The notes below the pieces were generated by a model. The model saw nothing but the letters and a program-made list of their open reading frames with translations, was not told where the DNA came from and did not search any database. This document shows, in pieces, positions 23,590-35,053 of a stretch of DNA of 44,851 nucleotides. Each line of letters starts with the position of its first letter. Positions within the stretch are counted from its first letter, which is position 1. Made by a program: the position numbers and the translations under genes. Source of the stretch: Macrostomum lignano (Eukaryota); NCBI GenBank assembly GCA_002269645.1, contig NIVC01004472.1, positions 1 to 44,851 of the forward strand. The letters run 5' to 3'.

Positions 23590-25505
23590 ATTAGTCTTTA
23601 AATGAGGCTTCTATGATTGTTTACATGACGCTTCTATGATTGTTTACATGACGCTTAAATGATTGTTTACATGGCGCTTCTACGATTTTTTACATGACGC
23701 TTCTATGATTGTTTACATGACGCTTATATGATTGTTTACATGACGCTTCTACGATTTTTTACATGACGCTTCTATGATTGTTTACATGACGCTACTATGA
23801 TTTTTTACATGACGCTTCTATGACTTTTTACATGACGCTTCTATGATTGTTTACATGACGCTTCTACGATTTTTTACATGACGCTTCTATGATTGTTTAC
23901 ATGACGCTACTATGATTTTTTACATGACGCTTCTATGATTTTTACATGACGCTTCTATGATTGTTTACACGACGCTTCTATGATTGTTTACATGATGCTT
24001 CTATGATTTTTGATATGACGCTTCTATGATTTTTAAATGACGCTTCTACGATTTTTTACATGACGCTTCTATGATTGTTTACATGACGCTTATATGATTG
24101 TTTACATTGCGCTTCTACGATTTTTTACATGACGCTTCTATGATTGTTTACATGACGCTACTATGATTTTTTACATGACGCTTCTATGACTTTTTACATG
24201 ACGCTTCTATGATTGTTTACATGACGCTTCTACGATTTTTTACGTGACGCTTCTATGATTGTTTACATGACGCTTCTATGATTGTTTACATGACGCTTCT
24301 ATGATTGTTTACATGACGCTTCTATGATTTTTACATGACGCTTCTATGATTGTTTACACGACGCTTCTATGATTGTTTACATGATGCTTCTATGATTTTT
24401 TATATGACGCTTCTATGATTTTTAAATGACGCTTCTATGATTTTTACATGACGCTTCTATGATTGTTTACATGACGCTTCTATGATTGTTTACATGACGC
24501 TTCTATGATTGTTTACATGACGCTTCTATGATTGTTTACATGACGCTTCTATGATTTTTAAATGACGCTTCAATGATTTTTTACATGACGCTTCTATGAT
24601 TTTTTACATGACGCTTCTATGATTGTTTACATGACGCTTCTATGATTGTTTACATGACGCTTCTATGATTTTTAAATGACGCTTCAATGATTTTTTACAT
24701 GACGCTTCTAAGATTTTTTACATGACGCTTCTATGATTTTTTACATGACGCTTCTATGATTTTTTACATGACGCTTCAATGATTTTTTACATGACGCTTC
24801 TATGATTTTTTACATGACGCTTCTATGATTGTTTACATGACGCTTCAATGATTGTTTACATGACGCTTCTATGATTGTTTACATGACGCTTCTATGATTT
24901 TTAAATGACGCTTCAATGATTTTTTACATGACGCTTCTATGATTGTTTACATGACGCTTCTATGATTGTTTACATGACGCTTTTATGATTTTTTTAAATA
25001 ACGCTTCTATGATTTTTAAATGACGCTTCAATGATTTTTTACATGACGCTTCTATGATTTTTTACATGACGCTTCTATGATTTTTAAATGACGCTTCTAT
25101 GATTTTTTACATGACGCTTCTATGATTTTTAAATGACGCTTCAATGATTTTTTACATAACGCTTCTAAGATTTTTTACATGACGCTTCTATGATTGTTTA
25201 CATGACGCTTCTATGATTGTTTACATGACGCTTCTATGATTTTTAAATGACGCTTCAATGATTTTTTACATGACGCTTCTAAGATTTTTTACATGACGCT
25301 TCTATGATTGTTTACATGACGCTTCTATGATTGTTTACATGACGCTTCTATGATTTTTAAATGACGCTTCAATGATTTTTTACATGACGCTTCTAAGATT
25401 TTTTACATGACGCTTCTATGATTGTTTACATGACGCTTCTATGATTGTTTACATGACGCTTCTATGATTTTTAAATGACGCTTCAATGATTTTTTACATG
25501 ACGCT
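23590..25505. repeat. 22-23-bp minisatellite array (copy 1)
   Basis: Unit acatgacgcttctatgatt(g/t)ttt, ~80 copies. Confidence 0.96.
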
Positions 25506-25584
25506 TTTTTTTAAAAAGTCTTTTAGTTTTCCTGACGTTGAAAAGCTTTAATTAAAAAAATTATACTCTATGAAAATTCGAACC

Positions 25585-25640
25585 AATTCGAACCAAACTG
25601 CATTTAGCAGTTAAGTTTGTACACCTCTAGGCTAGCTCTC
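25585..25640 (-). promoter_or_regulatory. tRNA-derived A/B-box (Pol III-type) module, copy a
   Basis: Minus strand TAGCCTAGAGGT...ctgctaa...GGTTCGAATT. Confidence 0.5.
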
Positions 25641-26486
25641 ATCGTTTTGATAACATCAAATTTTGCACTTATTTAATTCAACACTTTAAAATCCAAGCAT
25701 AGAGTAAATCACACGAAGCAGTTATGACATAATCAGTTTCTCAGTCAGTCAGTATCAGTTAACAATATGGTTACGCAATTTAAATCAAGTCTGGTGCTAC
25801 GCTTCCACACTGCATTTTCAATTCAAGTCGGAGCTACAATTCAGATATGATGCAATCTATTTCAGAATCAGAATTCAACCAGTCAGTTTTTTCTCTAGCA
25901 TTCTTACAATGCATTTCAAGTCGAAAAGTTTGCTTGACCTTTGCAAAAAAGCATGTTTTTCGAATATTTAATGCCTTTAGCATCGAGCAATTTCTTAGCC
26001 ACGATGCATGTACAGTCACGGGAAAATTTCTGATCGAACAGTGCAAGTTCGAACAAAATCTGTCCAGCCATTTTTTCTCTAATCGATCACATAGATAGAT
26101 AGATAGACACAGACAGACCATTTTTAGTATATAGGACTAGCAATCTAGCGCCCCCCTTCGGGGTGGCCAATAAGCAAGGGACGAATCCTTTAAAGTGAAA
26201 AAAAATTCTTAGGGAGGGGGCTAGGAATCGAATTCTCATTTTAATTCCAGGCTTATGTACCAATAAAACATGTTTGTGCAGAATTTTATAACAGACATTG
26301 AAATTCAACCATACTTGCCTTCTTTCAGAGCTACTTCTACCAGTATGCTTCAGTACGCTACCAGTACCCTTGTAAGCCTTGACATGTCAGCAATCCCTCC
26401 CCACAAGCCTTAACATATCAACTCCCCCCTTGACATCTCAGCGATGCTCCCATAAGCCTTGAAATCTTAAAAAATCTGTCTACTTT

Positions 26487-26526
26487 CTAACCCTAACCCT
26501 AACCCTAACCCTAACCCTAACCCTAA
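26487..26526. repeat. Interstitial telomere-type (CCCTAA)n tract
   Basis: Six perfect ccctaa units at the homologous position in copy 2. Confidence 0.92.
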
Positions 26527-27489
26527 AGCATTGAAATTTCAGTAATTCTCTCTAAGAGTCATTATAGCACTACTACAGCATTATAGCGATTCCCTGCAAG
26601 CCTCGACATCGTAGGGATTCCTAAATGAATCTCTTAACTTCGACATGAAGCTTCTTTTTTTTACATTACGCTTTTTCTATCAGCGATCCCTCCCGTGAGG
26701 AGCCAACAAATAATGTAATAACTTTTTTCCAATAAACTACATGTAGCTTCTGACATTAGCCTTGACATCTCATTTATTCCCCGTGAGCCTTGACATCTCA
26801 GCTATAGATAGATAGATAGATAGATTCCCCTCGTAAGCCTTGACATGTCAGCGATGCCCCCATAAACCTTGAAATCTAAAAAATCCCCTGTTAACCTTGA
26901 AACGCGCTAAAATCTAACCCTCAACCCAAACCTGACGTAAACCTAACTTTCACCCAACCTAAAGCCTTGAAATCACAGCAATTCTTCTTCTCTAAGCCTT
27001 GGCATTTAAATGATTCCTTCTTTAAGAATCACAGCACTATAACGATTCCCTCCAAGCTTTGACATCGTAGCAATTCCCAAATGAATCTTTTAACTTTGAC
27101 ATGACTTTTATTTTATGTATACATAGTGCTCCTTTTATTTTTACATGACTCTTTTTCTATCAGTGCCCCCCCACCGTGGCAAGCCAACAAAGAATGCAAT
27201 AAAAAAACTTAAGTAAAGTACATGTACTTTGAAGTAGCTTCTGACTTTTGCTTTAACATCTCAGAAACCCCCCTGTAATCTCAGTTATTCTCTGTGAGCC
27301 TTGACGTCTCAGTGATTCTCCCCAGCACAGCACTATAGCTTCATTTAATTTTTATGACACTTGTTTCATGTCTGACATGACGCTTCTTTTGATTTTTACG
27401 TTACGCTTCTTTTATTCTTCCATGATGCTTCTTAATTTTTTAAATGACACACTTTCATTAGTTTTTATATGAGGCTTCTGTGATTTTTT

Positions 27490-28740
27490 CATGACGCTTC
27501 TATGTTAACATGACGCTTCTATGCTTGTTTACATGACGCTTTTATGATTGTTTACATGACGCTTTTATGATTGTTTACATGACGCTTCTATGCTTGTTTA
27601 CATGACGCTTTTATGATTGTTTACATGACGCTTTTATGATTGTTTACATGACGCTTGTATGATTGTTTACATGACGCTTCTATGATTTTTTACATGACGC
27701 TTCTATGATTGTTTACATGACGCTTGTATGATTGTTTACATGACGCTTCTTTGATTTTAACATGACGCTTCTATGATTGTTTACATGACGCTTCTATGAT
27801 TTTTACATGACGCTTCTATGATTTTTACATGACGCTTCTATGATTGTTTACATGACGCTTCCATGATTGTTTACATGACGCTTCTATGATTTTTTATGAC
27901 GCTTTTATGATTTTAACATGACGCTTCTATGATTTTTTACATGACGCTTCTATGATTGTTTACATGACGCTTGTATGATTGTTTACATGACGCTTCTTTG
28001 ATTTTAACATGACGCTTCTATGATTGTTTACATGAAGCTTCTATGATTTTTACATGACGCTTCTATGATTTTTACATGACGCTTCTATGATTTTTTCATG
28101 ACGCTTCTATGATTTTTACATGACGCTTCTATGATTGTTTACATGACGCTTCTATGATTTTTTACATGACGCTTCTATGATTGTTTACATGACGCTTCTA
28201 TTTTTGTTTACATGACGCTTCTATGATTGTTTACATGACGCTTTTATGATTGTTTACATGACGATTCTATGATTTTTACATGACGCTTCTATGATTTTTA
28301 CATGACGCTTCTATGATTGTTTACATGACGCTTCTATGACTGTTTACATGACGCTTGTATGATTGTTTACATGACGCTTCTATGATTTTTTATGACGCTT
28401 TTATGATTTTAACATGACGCTTCTATGATTTTTTACATGACGCTTCTATGATTGTTTACATGACGCTTGTATGATTGTTTACATGACGCTTGTGTGATTT
28501 TAACATGACGCTTCTATGATTGTTTGCATGACGCTTCTATGATTTTTTATGACGCTTTTATGATTTTACATGACGCTTTTATGATTTTAACATGACGCTT
28601 CTATGATTGTTTACATGACGCTTCTATGATTTTTACATGACGCTTCTATGATTTTTACATGACGCTTCTATGATTTTTACATGACGCTTCTATGATTGTT
28701 TACATGACGGTTGTATGATTGTTTACATGACGCTTCCATA
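27490..28740. repeat. 22-23-bp minisatellite array (copy 2)
   Basis: Same unit, shorter array. Confidence 0.96.
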
Positions 28741-28796
28741 ATTTTTTTTGTCTTGGCGTTAAAAAGCTTTAATTAAAAAAAACTCTTCTCTCTAAA

Positions 28797-28856
28797 AATT
28801 CGAACCATCGTCCCTGCATTTAGCAGTTTAGTCTGTTTACCTCTAGGCTAGCTCTC
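28797..28856 (-). promoter_or_regulatory. tRNA-derived A/B-box module, copy b
   Basis: Minus strand TAGCCTAGAGGT...ctgctaa...GGTTCGAATT. Confidence 0.5.
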
Positions 28857-28899
28857 ATGAATTTTAGTCATTACCCCTAAATAGAAAATATTCCCAAGA

Positions 28900-29125
28900 C
28901 AGCAAGCATCCCCCCAGTAGCAAGCATCCCCTAATACTCCTAGCAAGCATCCACCCAGATAGCAAGCATCTGCAGATAGCAAGCATCTGCAGATAGCAAG
29001 CATCTTGCAGATAGCAAGCATCTTGCAGATAGCAAGCATACCCCAAATAATGTAGAAGCATCCTTCCAGATAGCAAGCATCCTGCACATAGCAAGAATCC
29101 CTAAATAGCAAGCATCCCTGGATAG
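28900..29125. repeat. Short gcaagcatc-based tandem repeat
   Basis: tagcaagcatc(t)gcaga units of 17-20 bp. Confidence 0.85.
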
Positions 29126-29139
29126 AAATAATCCTATAC

Positions 29140-30975
29140 ATGTAGCCAAGCTTATCAAGCGCAGTAATCCTTGGCTATCGAGTGCAGTAATCCTTGGTTT
29201 ATTAATAGCAATAATCCATGGCTTATCGAGTGCAGTAATTCTTGGTTTGCCAAGTGCAGAAGGTAATCCTTGGTTTATTAATAGCAATAATCCTTGGCTT
29301 ATCGAGTGCAGTAATCCTTGGTTTATTAATAGCAATAATCCTTGGCTTATCGAGTGCAGTAATTCATGGTTTATTAATAGCAATAATCCTTGGCTTATCG
29401 AGTGCAGTAATCCTTGGTTTATTAATAGCAATAATCCTTGGCTTATCGAGTGCAGTAATCCTTGGTTTATTAATAGCAATAATCCTTGGCTTATCGAGTG
29501 CAGTAATCCTTGGTTTATTAATAGCAATAATCCTTGATTAATCAAGTGCAGTAATCCTTGGTTTGCCAAGAGCAATAGTCCTTGGTTTATTGAGTGCAGT
29601 AATCCTTGGTTTATTAATAGCAATAATCCTTGGCTTATCGAGTGCAGTAATCCTTGGTTTGCCAAGTGCATAATCCTTGGTTTATTAATAGCAATAATCC
29701 TTGGCTTATTGAGTGCAGTAATCCTTGGTTTATTAATAGCAATAATCCTTGGCTTATCGAGTGCAGTAATCCTTGGTTTATTAATAGCAATAATCCTTGG
29801 CTTATCGAGTGCAGTAATCCTTGGTTTATTAATAGCAATAATCCTTGATTAATCAAGTGCAGTAATCCTTGGTTTGCCAAGAGCAATAGTCCTTGGTTTA
29901 TTGAGTGCAGTAATCCTTGGTTTATTAATAGCAATAATCCTTGGCTTATCGAGTGCAGTAATCCTTGGTTTATTAATAGCAATAATCCTTGGCTTATCGA
30001 GTGCAGTAATTCATGGTTTATTAATAGCAATAATCCTTGGCTTATCGAGTGCAGTAATCCTTGGTTTATTAATAGCAATAATCCTTGGCTTATCGAGTGC
30101 AGTAATCCTTGGTTTATTAATAGCAATAATCCTTGGCTTATCGAGTGCAGTAATCCTTGGTTTATTAATAGCAATAATCCTTGATTAATCAAGTGCAGTA
30201 ATCCTTGGTTTGCCAAGAGCAATAGTCCTTGGTTTATTGAGTGCAGTAATCCTTGGTTTATTAATAGCAATAATCCTTGGCTTATCGAGTGCAGTAATCC
30301 TTGGTTTATTAATAGCAATAATCCTTGGCTTATCGAGTGCAGTAATCCTTGGTTTATTAATAGCAATAATCCATGGCTTATCGAGTGCAGTAATCCTTGG
30401 TTTGCCAAGTGCAGTAAGTAATCCTTGGTTTATTAATAGCAATAATCCATGGCTTATGAGTGCAGTAATCCTTGGTTTATTAATAGCAATAATCCTTGGC
30501 TTATCGAGTGCAGTAATTCATGGTTTATTAATAGCAATAATCCTTGGCTTATCGAGTGCAGTAATCCTTGGTTTATTAATAGCAATAATCCTTGGCTTAT
30601 CGAGTGCAGTAATCCTTGGTTTATTAATAGCAATAATCCTTGGCTTATCGAGTGCAGTAATCCTTGGTTTATTAATAGCAATAATCCTTGGCTTATCGAG
30701 TGCAGTAATCCTTGGTTTATTAATAGCAATAATCCATGGCTTATCGAGTGCAGTAATCCTTGGTTTGCCAAGAGCAATAGTCCTTGGCTTATCGAGTGCA
30801 GTAATCCTTGGTTTGCCAAGAGCAATAGTCCTTGGTTTATTGAGTGCAGTAATCCTTGGTTTATTAATAGCAATAGTCCTTGGTTTATTAATAGCAATAA
30901 TCCTTGGCTTATCGAGTGCAGTATTCCTTGGTTTGCCAAGAGCAATAATCCTTAGCTTATCGAGTGCAGTAATCT
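29140..30975. repeat. 48-bp (24+24) dimeric minisatellite
   Basis: atccttggcttatcgagtgcagta + atccttggtttattaatagcaata. Confidence 0.96.
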
Positions 30976-31047
30976 AAGTGTTTTTATTTAGTCCTTTAAT
31001 AAAAGCTTTTAATAAAAAAATTTACACTACTACTTTTAAACTACTTA

Positions 31048-31106
31048 GATTCGAACCCAGGTCGCTGCATTAGCAGTCTGGTCTGCTCAGCTCTAGGCTA
31101 GCTCTC
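31048..31106 (-). promoter_or_regulatory. tRNA-derived A/B-box module, copy c (best preserved)
   Basis: Minus strand gagagcTAGCCTAGAGCTGagcagaccagaCTGCTAAtgcagcgacctgGGTTCGAATC: A-box-like, anticodon-loop-like CT-GCT-AA, and B box. No 3' acceptor stem. Confidence 0.55.
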
Positions 31107-32544
31107 ATCGAAGTTATCAGTGAATTTGTACCACTTATATAATTCAACACTCACACCAAGTCAGGTAGAGTAAAAAGTCACGCGAAGCAGTTATGACATA
31201 ATCAATTTCTTAGGCAAGTCAGTACCAGTGTCTATGAAAGCTAACAATATGGTTACGTAATATAAATTCAGTACTGCACTATACTTTCACACTCAAAGCT
31301 GTGACGCAATTCAATTGAGTGTCAAATTCAGCCAGTACACAGACGATAAATAAAGTGTATTGTGATGCAATCTATTTCAGAATCAGAATTCAACCAGTCA
31401 GTTTTTTCTCTAGCATTTTTACAGTGCGTTTTAAGTCGAAATAGCTGCTTGAACTTTGCAAAAAAGCATGTTTTTCGAATATTTAATCCCTTTAGCATCG
31501 AGCAATTTCTTAGCCACGATGCATGTACCGTCACGGAAAAATTTCTGATCGAATGGTGCAAGTTTGAACAAAATCGGTTGAGCCATTTTTGCTAAAATCG
31601 ATCACACACACACACATACACACACACACATACCGACAGACCATTTTTAGTATATGGATTTTGGCTTAAAATTTCTGACTTCCTCTTGACATAGATGTTG
31701 AAGTAAAGGGAGGAACTGGATTTCTCAAATTCAGGCCTGTTGAAATAACAGAGTTTTAGAGAATATCCGCAGCAGCAGTATAGCCAGATAATGCCTGTAG
31801 AGGATAGTCATAAAATTTCAGGGGTTATGTGACTAATCCTTGAACTAGAGAGAAGCAAAAACAGCAATCCTGCGGCGAGCGCGAACGTGACTCAGCGGGG
31901 GGCGGGCCGGTATTCTGGCGGCAGTGATAAAATCAACCCCCCGATTTTTGGGCTCAGCATGATGATGTAATCACCGCTGCAGTTGACAGTAGGGGTTTTG
32001 GCAGCAATAAAACTTGGCTGCTACAGTGAGGGTTATTAATCAGACATTTATGACAGCTTTAAGAATCCAAAAGCGGCGCGCGGTGTTGTTGCTAGGTGTC
32101 AAGGAGGCACAATGGAGGCACGTGCTGATAGGTGGTTTTCTTAAATTATACAATGTCTGCTGCGGCAGGATCAGTGTTATCAGGGTCATCAATCAAACAT
32201 TTTTGACAGCCTAAAATTCGAAGCGGGGGTCAATCAACCCCACATTTCTTTTGTTGCTACGTGTCGGAACGTGTCGAGTTGGGGTTTTTACAACTCACCG
32301 ATTTTTGTTGCTTGGGCTGGGGCGATAAAATTGCTGCTGCTGCAGGCAATCAATCAAACGTTTTTGACAGTTGTAAAATTCCAAGCGGTCAGAATTTTAG
32401 TCACCATGCGCATTTTATTGCAGATTTGGCTCAATTTCAACCCCCGCCCCAGCCCGACACTGTCGAAGGCGATGGTAAGGAGTTGATTTTATTTCATGAG
32501 TCATACACCCACCGCCTCTCGCAATTCTAATTTCAAAACCCTAA

Positions 32545-34686
32545 AATTTTTCCGGCTTCATTGCGCGTCTTGGCGGGGCGAAAACCCTGCCTAAATTTAA
32601 AGCTAAGGGGGTAGAATATGTGGTATCGTTCACCCCAGTATCGTCATCGTCCAATGACATTCGAGCCATATTCGCCGAATTAATCTCTGTGCTCTGCAGT
32701 GACCTGCACGCAAATGATTTTGTTTCGGCCAAGTTGACTGCCGACAACATGATGTTGACGGTTAATGTTCCGCCCGTCCGCCGCAGCCGCTTCACTGCAG
32801 AGCTTGTTTTCAACTTTAAATTGTTTTTGCTCAAGGCCTGGGTCCCGCGGGGCGGCTGCGGCAGCCTGGATGCGGAGGAGAAACACATCCAGGCTCGCCA
32901 TTCAATTGGGCGCAACTATGTCGACATCGCCAACCACGACAAGCGGTGCCTCATCCGGGCGCTAGTGGTGGCCAAGGCCTTTGCCGATCTGGAGGCCAAG
33001 GCCATTACTAGACAGGCTTGGCGGACCATCAAGGCTGACTCCCCAATGCAGAAGAAGCTGACTGGGGAGCTTCAGATTGCCGCCAAATTGTATTCGGTGA
33101 GTAAAAAATATTCTTGCACATTTTAATTTGCATTTTTATTAATATACAAATGTTTTAGTCTTTATCAACCATTGCACAGGCCGGGCCTTTTGGGGTTGAC
33201 GTGCTCCCCCAACTGCTCGCGGTCCTGAACGCCCAGTACACCCTGCCTGGCAGCACAGTGCTCAATCTACACCTAATTGGCGACCACTTTAACGCGGTGT
33301 GCAAGGTGCCGCCATTTTTCGGAGCCCGCCGCTACTGTGACCGCTGCCAGCAGGCGTACGACTGCAAGTCTAGAGAGCACAAGTGTGCCGACACCTGCCC
33401 TCAATGCAAAGTGCCTGGCGCCAATTGCAAGAACCTGCAGCGTGACTACAAACGCTGCCCAGACTGCGGGTTAAAATGCTATAACAGGCAGTGCTTCAAG
33501 AACCACCGCCAAAAGAACCGGGCCGGCAGGTCGCGCTGCGACTCCACCCGTGTATGCGCTAATTGCGGGTATTGCGAAGAACTAAAAGCCGGCCAGAAGG
33601 AGCCGGAGCACAAATGCGGCCACGTCAAGTGCCCGCTGTGTAAACAGTACGACGAGGCCGGCTCGCATTTGTGCTTCGTCAAGGCTCCCAAAGTGAAAGC
33701 TTCAACTATGCCGTACGTGTTCTACGATACGGAAACGTACACGGATGATGAGAAGCAGCATCACGTGCATCTGGTGACTGCCGTCACGTGTTGCGAGACC
33801 TGTTCCGGCCGGGCATTTCCGCGCGAGACTTGCCGCCTCTGCAATGGCCTGCATAGCACTGCCAATTGTCTGACTGGCCGCGATCTGGGGAAGGAATTCT
33901 CCAATTGCGTCAGCCACTCAGACTGCGCCTGCCAAATGGCCGATTTTGTGGCTGTGGGCCCGGCCTCGCTGAATGCTTTTTTCGCCTGGCTAAGCACCAC
34001 ATTCCGAGGCGGCGCCATTGTTGTTGCGCATAATGCATCAGGCTACGATTCGTTTTTATTGCTTGGCGCTCTACTCAACGGCCTGGCCAAGAAGCGGCCC
34101 CAAGTACTGTTCCAGGGCAGCCGGCTAATGAGCATGACGGTTGATAAATTGGTATTCAAAGATTCGCTAAATTTTATACCAATCCCAATCCGGCGAACGG
34201 GCCATTTACTGCGACACTGACTCGTAAGTATTGCTCTTTTAGAATTGATTACATGTAAATAGTTAGCAATTATCTCGTTTTTCTCTCTCCCCCACACACA
34301 GGGTCGTTTACCGGCATTCCGAGGGCCAATGGGAGCCGCCCCATGGCACGAGCCTCGGAATGTGGACCGATGAGGTGCCTGCAGGCAGCCGGATGACCGA
34401 CTTTGTAAGTGGAGGGCCAAAGCTCTACACTTACATTGTTGAGGATGCGGCCAGTGTCCGGAGCCAGGTCTTGAAATGCAAGGGCATTCGCCTGACTCCG
34501 GAGATTCGGGAGCGTAGCGACGACATGCGCAATGCCCTGCTGCACGGTGGCTCTCTGCAGCTGCCGCAGTTTCAGTTCAGGCGCGACAAGGCGTCTTGTA
34601 CCATACACACTGTTAGTATGGACAAGACGTTTCAGCGCGTCCTGACAAAACGTGTGTACGGGGCCGGCAGCCGACCTTATGGCTAA
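32545..34686 (+). pseudogene. polB: Polinton/Maverick-type protein-primed family B DNA polymerase (pPolB): intron-containing, internally deleted. Exons ~32545-33096, 33180-34223, 34302-34686
   Basis: N-terminal IANHDKRCLIRALVVAKA and AGPFGVD, Cys/His-rich region, ExoI YVFYDTET, ExoII VVAHNASGYDSFLL, LVFKDSLNFIP, motif C GERAIYCDTDS|VVY, LGMWTDE, DFVSGGPKLYTY, KCKGIRL and the C-terminal KRVYGAGSRPYG*. Introns 33097-33179 (GTGAGT...CAG, phase 0) and 34224-34301 (GTAAGT...CAG, phase 2) splice in frame. Motifs A and B are absent. AATAAA at 34713. Confidence 0.9.
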
Positions 34687-35053
34687 AAATAATGTGGTCT
34701 TAGCGACTAACTAATAAATGTCTTGTTAAATTTGACAGAGTAAAATCTATTTATTGTTGTACATATTTTGCATGTTAAATTAATGAAGAGTTACAGACTA
34801 CTATACAAATGTACATAAAGCATTTTTGTATTGTATACAGCGAAATTGCCAATGTAAAAATCTATTGTACATATTTTGCGTGTCAAACTTGTTTAAAATC
34901 ATTTTAAAATCATTTTAATTTTAAAATCAGAAAATTATTGAAAAACAATGTAAAATTTTCTGTATATTCTATTTGCTGGTAATGTTGTACATAAAATATT
35001 TCCTGTAATATGCTACTGATTTAATGTAAATATATATTTGTAAATAGTTTATA

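Larger units (their letters stand above)
22398..26135 (+). mobile_element. DINE-1/HINE-like non-autonomous Helitron-group element, copy 1 (with minisatellite cargo)
   Basis: Starts ACTAGCAATCTA(G)CGCCCC. The 3' block aaatttctgatcg...caagttcgaacaaaatc...agccatttt-(GATA/GACA)n-ccatttttagtatatagg matches the DINE-1/Lep1-type architecture. The whole unit is repeated directly downstream. Confidence 0.65.
26136..31658 (+). mobile_element. DINE-1/HINE-like element, copy 2, head-to-tail with copy 1 and with an extra internal module
   Basis: Junction tttagtatatagg|actagcaatctagcgcccc at 26135/26136. Segment 25847-26135 is homologous to 31362-31657, and 22490-23600 is homologous to 26370-27490. Confidence 0.65.

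Noticed and set aside
8411-30975. Repeat arrays as CRISPR arrays
   Set aside because: Units are contiguous with no unique spacers, there are no cas genes, and the context is eukaryotic.
28848-30977. Multiple overlapping ORFs (NPWLIECS..., INQGLL...)
   Set aside because: Translations of the 48-bp satellite.
31048-31106. Functional tRNA-Ser(GCT) gene
   Set aside because: It has A/B boxes and a CT-GCT-AA loop but no complete acceptor stem or proper arms; treated as a tRNA-derived module.
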